Below, piece by piece: positions 1-13,352 of a stretch of DNA of 64,000 bases (the first letter of the stretch is position 1; each line of letters starts with the position of its first letter). Source of the stretch: Leucoraja erinacea (lineage: Eukaryota). Location: the NCBI RefSeq assembly GCF_028641065.1, contig NC_073379.1, forward strand, positions 36,084,001 through 36,148,000. The letters are read 5' to 3'. The notes beneath the pieces were generated by a model. That model had not been told where the DNA came from, made no database searches, and saw only the letters and a list, made by a program, of their open reading frames with translations. A program made the position numbers and the translations under genes.

Positions 1-154
1 TATATTTTCCTGGTTCAAGTATTTTCTGGCATTTAAAAAAAAAAAAATTTTTAATCGCTGTGTGAATAACTTTCAGCGGCCTTGAATTTGTAATGCCTAT
101 TATTGTAAAGACATTTACAAACATGCCAGCTCTTGGACAATGATGGCAGTCTTT

Positions 155-344
155 AAGCCAGGGAGCTGAACAGTCAGCTTACAAATTAATTTTGTGGTTG
201 GGGTTTCTATTCCTGCTGTGAAAATTATTTTGACAGCCCTCGCCAAAAGCCATGGAGCTGAACAGTCAGCTTACAAAGTAATTTTGTGGTTGGGGTTTCT
301 ATTCCTGCTGTGAAAATTATTTTGACAGCCCTCGCCAAGACCAT
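155..344. repeat. Tandem duplication, 2 x ~92 bp
   Basis: GGAGCTGAACAGTCAGCTTACAAA...GACAGCCCTCGCCAA begins at 162 and again at 254 with very few differences. Confidence 0.9.
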
Positions 345-619
345 ATCAATCAGGAATAGGCTTCACTTGTGCTCATTGATGAATGCTTAAGGGGAATAAC
401 CAAATGGGTCAGATGTAGCTGAATGTTCACCAGGCACAGTTTCAAAGAAATGCATTCAGAGACTAATAGAAGTCGGGGCGGGCGGTGGTGGGATGGTGGT
501 TGAGGAGGTAGTTCATTCCCATACCATAAGTAAAATACATTACCTGAAGGGATGGTTGGGCCGAGGCCCCTTATTGCTTGGAAGGAGTACCTGAATAAGC
601 ATTTGATGGAGGGATGGGG

Positions 620-1110
620 AAGGCTGGTTTGTGTGGTGGACTGGGCTTCATTCACAATTCTACAGCCTCTTGTGGTCTTGTGCAGAGCAGTTCCCATACC
701 AAGAGCCAAGTTGAATTTTCATAGCCTTTTGAGGATGTAGAGGCATTGGAGTGCTTTGTTGGCCATAGGGTCAGTTTGGTTGTACCACGACAAGCTGTTG
801 GTGATATGACACTAGAAATTTGAAGCACTCGACAACCTCCATATCAGCACAATTGAAACAATGTAGGCATGTACTTCACCCCGCTTCACTATTCTGATAG
901 CTCAGCCACGGTCATGGCAGAATGAATGGACCATATTATCTTATGATAAAGAATGCATTGATCACAGTCCTAGGTTGGCCAAAGACCTGTACAGTCAATG
1001 AAGTCGATGACTAGCTACTTTGTTTTGTTAACATCGAGGGGGAGGTTGTTGCCCTTGTACTCTGTCTTTTCATTGTTTCAGATTCAGTCCACCACTCTGG
1101 TGTCTGTATG
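620..1110 (-). mobile_element. Degenerate Rex1/Babar-type LINE RT remnant
   Basis: Minus strand near 800-840 reads VEVVECFKFL, resembling the VERVxxFKFLG motif of Rex/Babar RT; heavily decayed, boundaries approximate. Confidence 0.45.
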
Positions 1111-1423
1111 GGCAGAAGAAACATGATCCGGAGTAAGCCATTTGACCTCATGAGCCACTCATTAAGATCATATCTGATCTTTTATATCAGCACCACTTTC
1201 CTGCACTAATCCCACTTCCCTTGATCCTTTTGATATTCACAAAACTATCAATCTCTTTCCTAGATATACTCAGTGACTGAGCCTCCACGATCTGCTGTGG
1301 TAGAGAATTCCAAAGATTCACCAACTTTGGATGATTTTATTTCTCCTCTCTACCCTGAATGGCTAGCTCACTGTTTGATATTGTAACCTGTAGTGGAGAA
1401 CATCCCAGCAGGAGATGCAACAT

Positions 1424-1913
1424 GTTCAAGAAGGAACTGCAGATGCTGGAAGAACGAAGGTACACAAAAATGCTGGAGAAATTCAGCGGGTGCAGCAGCA
1501 TCTATGGAGCGAAGGAAATAGGCGACGTTTCAGGCCAAAACCCTTCTTCAGACTGATGGGGGGTGGGGGGCAGAAGGAAGGAAAAAGGGAGGAGGAGGTG
1601 CCCGAGGGTGGGGGGGATGGAAGAAGACAGCGCGAGGGTTAAGGAAGGGGAGGAGACAGCAAGTGCTAGCAAAATTGGGAGAATTCAATGTTCATGCCAA
1701 CCGGACGCAAGCAACCCAGGCGGAATATGAGGTGCTGTTCCTCCAATTTCCAGTGTTGTTCACTCTGGCAATGGAGGAGACCCAGGACAGAGAGGTCGGA
1801 TTGGGAATGGGAGGGGGAGTTGAAGTGCTGAGCCACCGGGAGTTCAGGTAGGTTATTGCGGACTGAGCGGAGGTGTTCGACGAAACGATCTCCCAACCTC
1901 CGCTTAGTCTCCT
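1424..1913 (-). mobile_element. 5'-truncated Penelope-like element (GIY-YIG C-terminus + 3' region) with 16-bp TSD
   Basis: ORF 1666-1956(-) contains ETKRRLGDRFVEHLRSV...VAQHFN...KLEEQHLIFRLGCLRPVGMNIEF, typical of the Penelope GIY-YIG end; GCAGGAGATGCAACAT duplicated at 1408-1423 and 1914-1929. Confidence 0.85.
1524..1555 (-). ncRNA. Minimal hammerhead-ribozyme-like motif in Penelope 3' region
   Basis: Minus strand CAGU-CUGAAGA-AGGGUUUUGGCCU-GAAA-CGUC: CUGANGA core, stem II, GAAA, palindromic ACGU, NUH triplet. Activity not shown. Confidence 0.5.
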
Positions 1914-3491
1914 GCAGGAGATGCAACATCCCCACATTTGCCTTGTGAAGTCCCATAACAGTATGTTACAAAGAGGGACTCATGTACAACTCTCACCAAT
2001 GGCTTCTGTTCATCACTCTTTCTAAGCTCCACACAAACTGAGTTTTCTTCTTTCTGCACTAATCATATTCTTTAATATTGGTCAATATTTGTATTCTGCT
2101 TATTTCTTCTAATGTATCCAGGATGTTTAATTTTCACATTGTTCACAATTATAATATTGTGTGACCAGCCACATAGTCAAAAAAGTAACTGCGGATGCTG
2201 GAAATCTGAAAACACAACTGGAAACCTCAGCAGGTCAGGCAGCATCTGTGGAAAGAGAAACAGTTAATGGTTCATGTTCAAGACTCTTTGTTATAACTGA
2301 GATGTTAGGCTATCCTGGTGAAGGGTTTCAGATCTGAAACATTAACTCTGGTTCTCTTTCCACAATTACTGCTGACTAGTTGAGGGTTTTCATCATTTTC
2401 TGTTTTTATTTCAGATTTCCATTCGCTGCATTTTTAATCTAGTCATGGGTATGCATACAATATTTTCATTTTGTAATCTACATTCTCAAAGCAAAATATA
2501 TGCTGCATATATATCGCCATCACTGAGCTTTATTGGAATCAGAAATCACTTCAGTTAAGTTTTTATTTAGTTATTCTTAGCTGCAACTGAACAATTCAGC
2601 ACTTATTAATTAATTTCTGTTTTACATTAATTTCTTACCTGATTGCACAATGTTCAAATTGCCTTAGCTCAACCTTATTTTCACTATGTTTAGCTATTCT
2701 GATGCACAGCCACAGTCTCGCCACATTTCAAATGGACCACACTATCTTACAATAAGAGTGCATTGGTCACAGCCATTGGCTGCTCAAAGAAGAACTTTTG
2801 AAATGTAAAAATAGAAATCTGTTTGGCAGTTAATTACTTTACACCAAATATGTGAAAATAATCAAATGTTGATTAAGAGATAAATATTGATGAGCTCACT
2901 GCGGTTTGCAATAGCACCTTGGGATTCTTCAGCGAAAAAGCAAGAGGAACTCAGCGGTTCAGGCAGCATCTGTGGAGGGAATGGACAGACAATGTTTCAG
3001 GTTGGGATTCTTCTTTCGGTCGAAGACTCTTCATTGGATCTGGAATGTTTTGCTATCATGGTGAAAAGTTTCATTATTCAAGGGTTGGGATTCTTAAATT
3101 TCACAAGAGAGGTCACATTGTTTAACATTTCATTACCAGGCTGCACCCTGGTGGAGTACAAGCCCAGATGTTTGTGCTCAGGATTCTGGAGTGGAACGTG
3201 AGCACTTGTTTCATTGGTCAGAAGCTCGAGTGCTTCCCATGAGTGGGGATCTCAGATATAAAATTTTAAACCAAGCGCAAACCAGCCAATATTAACCCAA
3301 ACTAAGCCCAGAAATATACTATTTTATTTCATATTGCACCCACCCCTAAACATTATATAAATGTAATGATTTCAATGGTGCTGTGGCTCACCTGGATTAA
3401 TTCTAACACCGGAAATAATTTTAGGAGATAACAGTAGATAAAAAGCTTTCCAAAGTATTGAACCAACACAACCAATATTGAACCTAAATGT

Positions 3492-4822
3492 AAAAAAAGA
3501 TGAGATAGCCGCATATTTAGATAGTAGTAACAGGATCGGTCTGAGTCAGCATGGATTTACGAAGGGGAAATCATGCTTGACTAATCTTCTGGAATTTTTT
3601 GAAGATGTAACTAGGAAAATGGACAAGGGAGAGCCAGTGGATGTAGTGTACCTGGACTTTCAGAAAGCATTTGATAAGGTCCCACATAGGAGATTAGTGG
3701 GCAAAATTAGGGCACATGGTATTGGGGGTAGAGTGCTGACATGGATAGAGAAGTGGTTGGCAGACAGGAAACAAAGAGTAGGGATTAACGGGTCCCTTTC
3801 AGAATGGCAGGCAGTGACTAGTGGGGTACCGCAAGGCTCGGTGCTGGGACCGCAGCTATTTACAATATATATCAATGATTTGGATGAAGGGATTCAAAGT
3901 AACATTAGCAAATTTGCAGATGACACAAAGCTGGGTGGCAGTGTGAACTGTGAGGAGGATGCTATGAGAATGCAGGGTGACTTGGACAGGTTGGGGGAGT
4001 GGGCAGATGCATGGCAGATGAAGTTTAATGCGGATAAATGTGAGGTTATCCACTTTGGTAGCAAAAACAGGAAGGCAGATTACTATCTAAATGGCATCAA
4101 GTTGGGAAAAGGGGAAGTACAGTGGGATCTGGGGGTCCTTGTTCATCAGTCTATGATAGTAAGCATGCAGGTACAGCAGGCAGTGAAGGAACCGAATGGC
4201 ATGTTGGCCTTTATAACAAGAGGAATCGAATATAGGAGCAAAGAGGTCCTTCTGCAATTGTACAGAGCCCTAGTGAGACCACACCTGGAGTATTGTGTGC
4301 AGTTTTGGTCCCTTAATTGGAGGAAGTGCAGCAGGGAGTGCAGCGTAGGTTTACAAGGTTAATTCCTGGGATGACGGGACTGTCATATGCTGAGAGAATG
4401 GAGCAGCTGGGCTTGTATACTCTGGAGTTTAGATGGATGAGAGGGGATCTCATTGAAACGTATAAGATTGTTAAGGGCTTGGACACTCTAGAGGCAGGAA
4501 ACATGTTCCCGATGTTGTCGTGAACCAGGGGCCACGGTTTAAGAATAAGGAGTAAGCCATTTAGAACGGAGACGAGGAACACTTTTTCTCACAGAGAGTG
4601 GTGAGTCTATGGAATTCTCTGCCTCAGAGGGCGGTGGAGGCTGGTTCTCTGGATGCTTTCAAGAGAGAGCTAGATAGGGCTCTTAGAAATAGCGGAGTCA
4701 GGGGATATGGGGAGAAGGCAGGAACGGGGTACTTTGGGATGATCAGCCATGATCACATTGAATGGCGGTGCTGGGTCGAAGGGCCAAATGGCCTACTCCT
4801 GCACCTATTGTCTATTGTCTAT
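3492..4822 (+). mobile_element. 5'-truncated CR1-clade LINE (RT domain + 3'UTR)
   Basis: ORF 3478-4362 has QHGF, YLDFQKAFDKV, GVPQGSVLGP, KFADD; (CTATTGT)n tail; TAAATGT at 3485-3491 and 4823-4829 as likely TSD. Confidence 0.92.
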
Positions 4823-6093
4823 TAAATGTGCACCTAACCCGATCTGAAACAAATATACAATCACAGTATACACCTGATGTGATCTGAAACTGTAGGTGTG
4901 GTTACACCAGCCACTCTGCTCAACCGAAACCTGAATGTACACCTGACCCAACCTAAAACAGCTTTGACATGGTGGAATGAGCAGAAGATGTTATATAGGA
5001 GCAGGTGGTGAGAACACCCCAGTGGATAATGGCCCAGAGTTGGGGTTGATGATCAGGTTTGGAATTTATGAAGAACATCAAAAACTTGTGTATTATTTTG
5101 GGGCATTATTGCTGGTGGGGAGGCACTGTGGTGTTTGTAATCAGCTGCATGGGGTCAAGATTGGTTGGGATCACCCTGGGATCAAGGCTTGTTGGTGGGA
5201 GCTCAGGGTTAAACTACAGTGAGGGTTAAGTTTGTAACTGAAATGGGGTGGAGGTTTGATCTTATTGCAAGCTGTCTACAGATGCAAAGCCCAGGACATT
5301 TCCCTGTGACCGGATGTCCAGGGAGCCGCTCTCTTAATTAAATAGCAGGCAAATCAGCGGCAAACTCCTCCACCCATTATCACCCAACAAGATAAGGCTG
5401 TTAATGTTAGCAATGGCGAGAGTGACTTCCCTCGGGCATCACAATATCTCACTAACTGCAAACAGGGGAGTTACTGCCACTGGGCCATTGCAAATTACTG
5501 AATAATTGTAGATGGAGGAGTGACTGCCCAGGACAAGACCTGCCCCATGTCATCAAATATAGCAAATGCGAATCAGCTCTCTGGATGCTGATTAAACAGA
5601 ACCTTTTGGTGATTTTACCTTATCGTTACCACATCTAGTATAGGATTTTTAATATATTTCACTGCATTGCTGAGATTATTTTTCAGCTAGTCTGGTTTGC
5701 ATACAACATTTACATCTTGTAATGCAGGTGCAGAATGAGTTCCAGCAGGGAATTTGAATCATCAAAGAACGTTGTTCAAAGTGTGTTGCTCCGGGCGACA
5801 AAATAGATTCCATACAAATCAGCAATACATACCTTCTCATCAGGGCAGGTCAACAGTTTAAATTGGGATTATTACTAACTGTTAGGTTTTTATACCCACA
5901 GCAGTCAGGGTCAACAGGTGCAAAATTATCACTTGTCTGTTTGGCACCAAATAAAATCACTTCAGATCTGGTCGGTGCAACGAGAAACTGAGGTCCAGGA
6001 AAAGAAGGTCTTGCCTTTCCAATATGCTGCTACTCACACAGATAGAGGCAGAGAGGCCCTTTTGAATTGTTGCCATATGTAGTACGACAAGGG

Positions 6094-6400
6094 TGGCATC
6101 AAAGTGCAGGAGATAGAGCTGCTATTCAGGCTTCTGTGACCCAAGTTCAATCCTGACTTTCAGTCCTGTCGGTATGGAACTTTACGTTCTCCATGCGACT
6201 GCATGTTTTCTTCCAGATGCTCGCCTTTCTTCCCACATCTCAATGACATGGGGGTTGATACGTTGATTGACCATTGTAAATTGCCTCTTGGATAGATGGG
6301 CAGTAGAATCTGCTGGGGCGGGGGGGTGTAGGTGGAGATGGGGGTGGGGAAGACAAGGTTAGATTGATGGGAATGTGGTTACTGATAAAAGCTTACATGG
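6094..6400 (+). mobile_element. Degenerate tRNA-derived SINE (HE1/V-SINE type)
   Basis: A/B-box-like head (GTGGCATC..GTGCAGG / GTTCAATCC) and body similar to the younger copies at 11528 and 46486. Confidence 0.55.
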
Positions 6401-6604
6401 AAATGATTGTGCAGTAAGCCACCCCTTAGACTCAATTTGCCAAAACAGTCTCCTATGATACATGAAAATGTGGAATATGCACGTGAAAACCTTACACGAA
6501 ACAGCAATGAAATTATGAGCTGGTAACTTTAGAATAACCTTCCTTCAAGCTCTGGGCTATACTATTTACAAAAAGTATATATTTTGGATGATGTGGGTGT
6601 TGCT

Positions 6605-7392
6605 GGAAAACAGGAAGGCAGATTATTATCTAAATGGTGTTAAGTTGGGAAAAGGGGAAGTACAATGGTATCTGGGGGGGTCCTTGTTCATCAGTCAATG
6701 AAAGTAAGCATGCAGGTACAGCAGGCAGTGAAGAATGCAAATGGCATGTTGGCCTTCTTAACAAGAGGAGTTGAGTATAGGAGCAAAGAGGTCCTTCTGC
6801 AGTTGCACAGGGCCCTAGTTAGACCACACCTGGAGTATTGCGTGCAGTTTTGGTCCCCTAATTTGACGAAGAACATTCTTACTCTTGAGGGAGTGCAGCG
6901 TAGGTTCACAAAGATGATTCCCGGGATGTAGGGACTGTCATATGCTGTGAGAATGGAGCGGCTGGGCTTGTATACTCTGGAATTTAGAAGGATGAGAGGG
7001 GTTCTTATTGAAACATATAAGATTATTAAGTGTTTGGACACGCTAGAGGCAGGAAACATGTTCTCGATGTTGGGGGAGTCCAGAACCAGGAGCCACAGTT
7101 TAAGAATAAGGGGTAAGGCATTTAGGACAGAGATGAGGAAACACTTTTTCACACAGACAGTTGTGAGTCTGTGGAATTCTCTGCCTCAGAGGGTGGTGGA
7201 GGCCGGTCTCTGGATACTTTCAAGAGAGAGCTTGATAGGGATCTTAAAGATAGCGAAGTCAGGGGATACGGGGAGAAGGCAGAAACAGGGTACTGATTGT
7301 GGATGATCAGCCATGATCACATTGAATGGCGGTACTGGCTTGAAGGGCCAAATGGCCTACTCCACCTAGTGTCTATTGTCTATTGTCTATTG
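6605..7392 (+). mobile_element. 5'-truncated CR1 LINE
   Basis: QVQQAVKNANGML...LVRPHLEYCVQFWSP...GLYTLEFRRMRG; (CTATTGT)n tail; same family as 3492. Confidence 0.9.
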
Positions 7393-7563
7393 AATTTTGA
7401 TTACCCATCTGTAATTGTCCTTGTGGAGGTGCTGATCAGTGTTTTCCCTATCGACCACTGAGGTCCTCCTGGTGAAAAGTATTCCATCGCACTGTCAGAG
7501 AAGGCGTTCCAGGATTTAGCGTAACTTGTGGATGTTGGTGTTGAATTTGTGGGAGTGGGTATG

Positions 7564-8723
7564 CAGGGCTCGAAATTAACGGTTGCCCGGGTGCCATTGG
7601 CCACCTAACGTCCTGCCGGGCATCTTAAAAGTTGTGTCATTTTGCCCGGCTTGGCAAGCACCCGGGACACCTGCTGTTCAACTCTGAGCAGGCCCCCCTC
7701 TCTATCTCTCTCTCTCTGTCACTCACATGTGTCCGGGCCGCCATGTCTCCGCTCTCCGCTCTCCGGCCGCTCTCATCTGCTGGCACGGCCGGCCGCTTTG
7801 CACATGTGCACAACCACAGCCAGCACATCATCAGCCGCCTTGCAGATGCGCACTGCCATGGTAACTGGACGGCGCCAGGCAATTTCTCCCACCCTTTGTA
7901 TTGTGGGAGATCGGCCGCTATTGCTGTCCAGTTGCCGCATTGCCGCGACCGCTGAAAACCAACGCAGAATCACTCCCTGGAGCTGGAGTAACTCCCTGGA
8001 GTAACTCCCTGGAGTAACTCTTGCTTCTGGTTTCCTGGTCTTCCAAAAATATTCTAAATGGAATTTAAACTGGAGGTGGTGGTGGGTCCATCACCAAACT
8101 CCAAACTCTGAACAATAACAGCCTATTGCATTTTATCTGTTGATTTATTGTGTATATATATATATATATGGTCTGTGGTATATAAGCACACTGAACTTTT
8201 ATCTCCTCTATTATGTTTACACATTCTGTTGTGCTGCAGCAAGCAAGATTTTAATTGTCCTATCTGGGACACATGATAATAAAACTCATTTGACTCTTGA
8301 CTTGAGAAAAAAGGGTTCTTGGGAAATAAGACCTACCTTAAATTTAGTTGTGTCTGGTTGGGTAACTATGGTAGGGTGAAGACTATTCCATGCTTTAATT
8401 GTGCAAGGAAACTCCATGGAGCAGCCAGCAAATCTGGATAGAAGAAATTGGGTGACTTTTCGGGTAGAGACCCTTCTTTAGTCTACCTCTAGTTTTAGTG
8501 ATTTTAGTTTAATTTAAAGATACAGCGTGGAAACAGGCCCTTCGGCCCACCGAATCCATGCCGACCACCAATCACCCGTACATTAGTTTTATCCCGCACA
8601 TTAGTGATGTAAGTCAAGGGTGTTTTATTCTCACACGTCCCAGTTAGAACTGTCATTTGGCAACAAAAATCTGCCAAGGTTGCCCGGAACACAACAGAGA
8701 AAAAAGGTTAAGTGAGAGCCCTG
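7564..8723. mobile_element. Non-autonomous DNA transposon (hAT-like TIRs), with nested repeat fragments
   Basis: TIRs CAGGGCTCGAAATTAAC / GTTAAGTGAGAGCCCTG; subterminal TTGCCCGG repeats near both ends; GTATG on both flanks. Confidence 0.6.
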
Positions 8724-9000
8724 GTATGGGTGTTCCAGTACACTTGATGCCCTTGTCCTTCTTCATATTAGTGTTAGTTAATTATTGTCATTTGTAGGGA
8801 GATAGATGAAAAACTTTATTTTTGCCTGGTATCTGGGCAGGTCGCACCATACTTGAGGCAAACACTATGGTAGTAAGGGTTGTCAGTTTGGGAGCTTCAG
8901 TTACAGTATGCTGGCTGTGATTCTGCAGTGAGCTTTATGGATGATATACAATTAGCCACTGTGCTTTGGGGGAAGGCATAAATCATCACAGTGTTTGAAG

Positions 9001-10240
9001 ATTAGTTTAGTTTAGTTTTGTTTAGAGATACAATGTGAAAACAGTCCCTTTGGCTCACTGATCTATCCTAGACCCTAGGGACAATTTTACAGAAGCCAAT
9101 TAACCTACAAACCTGCACATCTTTGGAATGTGGGAAGAAACCGGAGCACCCGGAGAAACCCCATGCAGTCACAGGGAAAACATAAAACTCCATGCAGACA
9201 GCACCTGTAGTCAGGATCATAGAAACACAGAAAATAGGTGCAGGAGTAGGCCATTCGGCCCTTCGAGCCTGCACCGCCATTCAATATGATCATGGCTGAT
9301 CATCCAACTCAGTATCCTGTACCTGCCTTCTCTCCATACCCCATGATCCCTTTAGCCACAAGGGCCACATCTAACTCCCTCTTAAATATAGCCAATGAAC
9401 TGGCCTCAACTACCTTCTGTGGCAGAGAATTCCAGAGATTCACCACACTCTGTGTGAAAAATGTTTTCCTCATCTCGGTCCTAAAAGATTTCCCCCTTAT
9501 CCTTAAACTGTGACCCCTTGTTCTGGACTTCCCCAACATCGGGAACAATCTTCCTGCATCCAGCCTGTCCAACCCCTTAAGAATTTTGTAAGTTTCTATA
9601 AGAGTCCCCCTCAATCTTCTAAATTCTAGCGAGTACAAGCTGAGTCTATCCAGTCTTTCTTCATATGAAAGTCCTGACATCCCAGGAATCAGTCTGGTGA
9701 ACCTTCTCTGTACTCCCTCTATGGCAAGAATGTCTTTCCTCAGATTAGGAGACCAAAACTGTACGCAATACTCCATGTGTGGTCTCACCAAGATCCTGTA
9801 CAACTGCAGTAGAACCTCCCTGCTCCTATACTCAAATTGTTTTGCTATGAATGCTAACATACCATTCGCTTTCTTCACTGCCTGCTGCACCTGCATGCCT
9901 ACTTTCAATGACTGGTGTACCATGACACCCAGGTCTCGTTGCATCTCCCCCTTTCCCAATCGGCCACCATTCAGATAATAATCTACTTTCCTGTTTTTGC
10001 CACCAAAGTGGATAACCTCACATTTATTCACATTATACTGCATCTGCCACGCATTTGCCCACTCACCCAACCTATCCAAGTCACTTTGCAGCCTCCTAGC
10101 ATCCTCCTCACAGCTAACACTGCCCCCCAGCTTCGTGTCATCTGCAAACTTGGAGATGTTGCACTCAATTCCCTCGTCCAAACGCATGTGTCTGGCTCTG
10201 TAAAACAGCAACTCTACAGCTGTGCCACTGGGCCTCCCCA
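9001..10240 (-). mobile_element. HE1/V-SINE-type SINE interrupted by a CR1 insertion
   Basis: (TTTAG)n tail and SINE body 9001-9218; tRNA-like head resumes ~10181-10240. Confidence 0.75.
9219..10180 (-). mobile_element. 5'-truncated CR1 LINE with uninterrupted RT C-terminal frame
   Basis: ORF 9309-10211(-): ISKFADDTKLGG...RPHMEYCVQFWSP...GYGEKAGTGY; TTTCT(A/G)TG-type tail. Confidence 0.92.
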
Positions 10241-11527
10241 GTTCATATCAAGAGGTTGCTTTTTCCCCCAATGTCGCTCAGCTTCTTGAGTATTAGTGCT
10301 GCAATTATCCGAGGAAATGAATGGTATTCGATCATAGACGTAACCTATTCCTTGGAGATGCTGGAAAGGCCTGTCAGTCACCATCGGGTACCCAGCGCCT
10401 GATGTGTGGATATATCCAAGACTGGGCAATTCCAGGCAGAGGTTGTTGTGAAGACTTGTACTCACTCAGCAGCCACTGTGGGACTGCGGACTCCTTGTGG
10501 AATCCAGTGGGGTAGCACAAACATTTTTGTGCATTTTCCAGCTCGAGAACTGGTAAATCCATTGTGTGAAACCTCACCAAGATAACGGTGCTGTCGTGGC
10601 AGCCACATTGAAATCAATGAAGGAAACTGGCTGCTGGGAGAAAGATACGTAAAAGATTTTATTTGGTTTAATTAAGTTAGTTCAAATGCTTTTATTGCAT
10701 TTTTGTGTATGTGTGTGTTTTATTCATTATCCAAGATGTTGGCATTAATGGGTCAACTTTTATTGCTATTCCCAATCTATTATTATTTTGTTAATTTTAA
10801 CATTTATTCTTAATAATGTTAATTTTGGGCATTCCTGGTGAATGCGAATGGTGATGCCAGTCACAAACGTTCAGTTTAAACTAGGTTTGAGGGCTGGTGA
10901 GCTGTGGTGGGGGTGTCGCTACTCTTGGCACCATTGCTGTCTCCACAGTTTGCCACCAGTTCGGTAGATGCTCGCATTGTCCCAGGCCGCAACGTTGTGC
11001 CAGGAACCAAGTTCCTGGATGAAGTCTGCACCCAGGACCAGGACATAGGTAACTGGTGAGTGCACAGAAAAGGAAGATCTGCCCACTTGTTTCTGCAGGA
11101 TTAGTATTTAGAAGGATGACAAAGAGAAGTTACTGATATTCTGTGAAATTGTCCTGTCAGATCTTTTCTGTCTATTGAGAGAGCAGGCAGAGTAAATTTA
11201 GTGTCAGTTTAAATGTCTTGTCTGAAAGATAGTTACTTGAAATATCATCACTTGTTGATAGTAGCATCAATTATAGTACTGTTCTCTAAATACTTTCCAA
11301 AGAACTCCATGGCTGTACAGTATTGACTGTGGATGTAGTCCTAACCAAATACATCTGGTACCTCCTCAGGCATGCACATGAGTTTCTGCCTAGAGTGGGA
11401 TTTGAACCTACAAACATCTTTCTCAGAGGCGAGTGTGTGATCTCTGGTTGCTGCTTGTGGTGCGAGTGGGCCTGCAAATCAAACAGCTGATCATTAAAGG
11501 CATTGACTATTCAAACCAGATTCCTCT

Positions 11528-11822
11528 GTTTAGTTTAGTTTAGTTTAGAGATACAGTGCGGAAACAGGCCCTTCAACCCATGCCGACCAGTGATAATAAC
11601 ACTATCCTACACACACTAGGGACATTTACCAAGCCAATTAAGCTATAAACCTGTACATCTTTGGTGTGTGGGAGGAAATCGAAGATCTCGGAGAAAACCC
11701 ACGCAGGTCACGGGCAGAATGATGCACAAACTCCATACAGACAGCACCCGTAGTTGGGATCGAACCGGGTCTCTGGTGCTGCAAGCGCTGTGAGACAGCA
11801 AATCTACCTCTGTGCCACTGTG
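11528..11822 (-). mobile_element. HE1/V-SINE-type tRNA-derived SINE
   Basis: Minus strand: CAGTGGCACAGAGGTAGA A-box, GGTTCGATCC B-box, TTTCCTCCCACACACCAAAGA core, CR1-like tail ending (CTAAA)n. Confidence 0.85.
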
Positions 11823-13061
11823 TTGACAGAAATTATATTGGGAAAAAATTAGTCCACATACAAGGTTCATACTGTTATGGGCAAATAGAATTGCACCCCA
11901 CCAGGGCATGTATTCTGCCTATTTGTTCTCACAGTGGACAATGACATGTTGTGGTAACCATGATGCGCTGAGACTGGGGAAACAGAGGCAAAATCACACT
12001 TGTGGATTTATCTATATATATACTTGTCTAATCCTATTATTTTCAATATATTCCACAGAAAAACATAAATAAATAAAATTTGATTTTAGTATTCCTTAGA
12101 GGAATTCATTTCAAAGGTGACTCTGAAATAGAGCATTTCCCAGTGCTCCAAACCATGCCGACCTGTCGGAACATGATTTCTTATGATAGATCACTGTTTG
12201 ATTCACCCATTTGGCTTGTTGCTGTCTTGTACAGTTCACTTGCTTAGTTGTAGATAAATGTGAGCCCCATGCACTCGTCATATTCTATTAAGTTGTCTTC
12301 ATTTAACAGAGCTGAAGTGGTTCCTTTCAAAGAGTCATATAACACTATAACAGACTACTCAGCACCGTTCCAATGCCAACCATCAAGTGTACCACCATTC
12401 TAATCCTATTTATCAGTGGTTGGCCATTTTCTTTTATGTCCTTTTCACAAAAATGTCTGACCCCCTCATTTCAATTATTACCAATGTTCCTCCTTTCTGT
12501 AAGTTGCTTCTTTAAAACAGTTACATTAAATGATAAATACATTCACATTGGTTGTATTTAATATTCCTGAACATTCATGCAATTTAATCTTTTAATGCTG
12601 CATTGCACTTATCCTTTATGTACCTCCTGAGAATAAAGGAGGTGTGATTATAGGAGCTGTTAACATATCCGCACCATGGATATCTGCCTGTGATTCTTTC
12701 AAATAAGATGCAAATGGATCTCTTATCTCGACAAATGGATGAAGGCAAAACATTGAAACTGGGGATACGAGGAACTGCAGATGGTGGAATCTTGAGTAAA
12801 AATCAAAGTTGGTGGCATCACATTGAAGGTGGTAGAAATTACAGAGTAAGGAATGCTGAATGTGGTGACTGATTGGGGGAGGGGGAAAAATGACGACAAG
12901 GGGAACCCTATCCTTGATCCAGATAGGAGGAAACGGGAAAGAAAGTAGATGTGGAATAATTGGAGGTCTCATGGTTGAGAGTTCTGTCAATGGTGATAAA
13001 GGTGAAAAGATGGTCAGGACAAAGGAGAAAACTTTTATATGGAACATGTTATCGTCAATGA

Positions 13062-13352
13062 GCGGTAGCACATTGGCGAGGCTGGTAGTGCTTCCTCACA
13101 GCGCCAGAGAGCCGGGTTTGATCCTGACTTCAAGTACTCTCTGTGTGATGTTTGACCTTTCTCCTTGTAATCACGTGGGGATTCTACTGGGGCTATAGTT
13201 TCCTCCCACATCCCAAAGATGTGCAGGTTTGTAAATTGCCTCTTGTTGGTTGGGAGTGGATCAGAAAGTGGGATAACTTAGAACTAGTGAGAACACTAGT
13301 GATGGTTGGCATGGGCTTAGTGGGCCGAAGGGCCTGTTTCCATGCTATCCTT
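13062..13352 (+). mobile_element. HE1/V-SINE-type SINE
   Basis: CACAGCGCCAGAGAGCCGGGTTTGATCC head, TTCCTCCCACATCCCAAAGA core, GGGCCGAAGGGCCTGTTTCC tail. Confidence 0.8.

Noticed and set aside
4830-5260. Telomere-like or structured repeat
   Set aside because: Only loose ACCTGA/GGGTT-type low-complexity periodicity; no definable unit.
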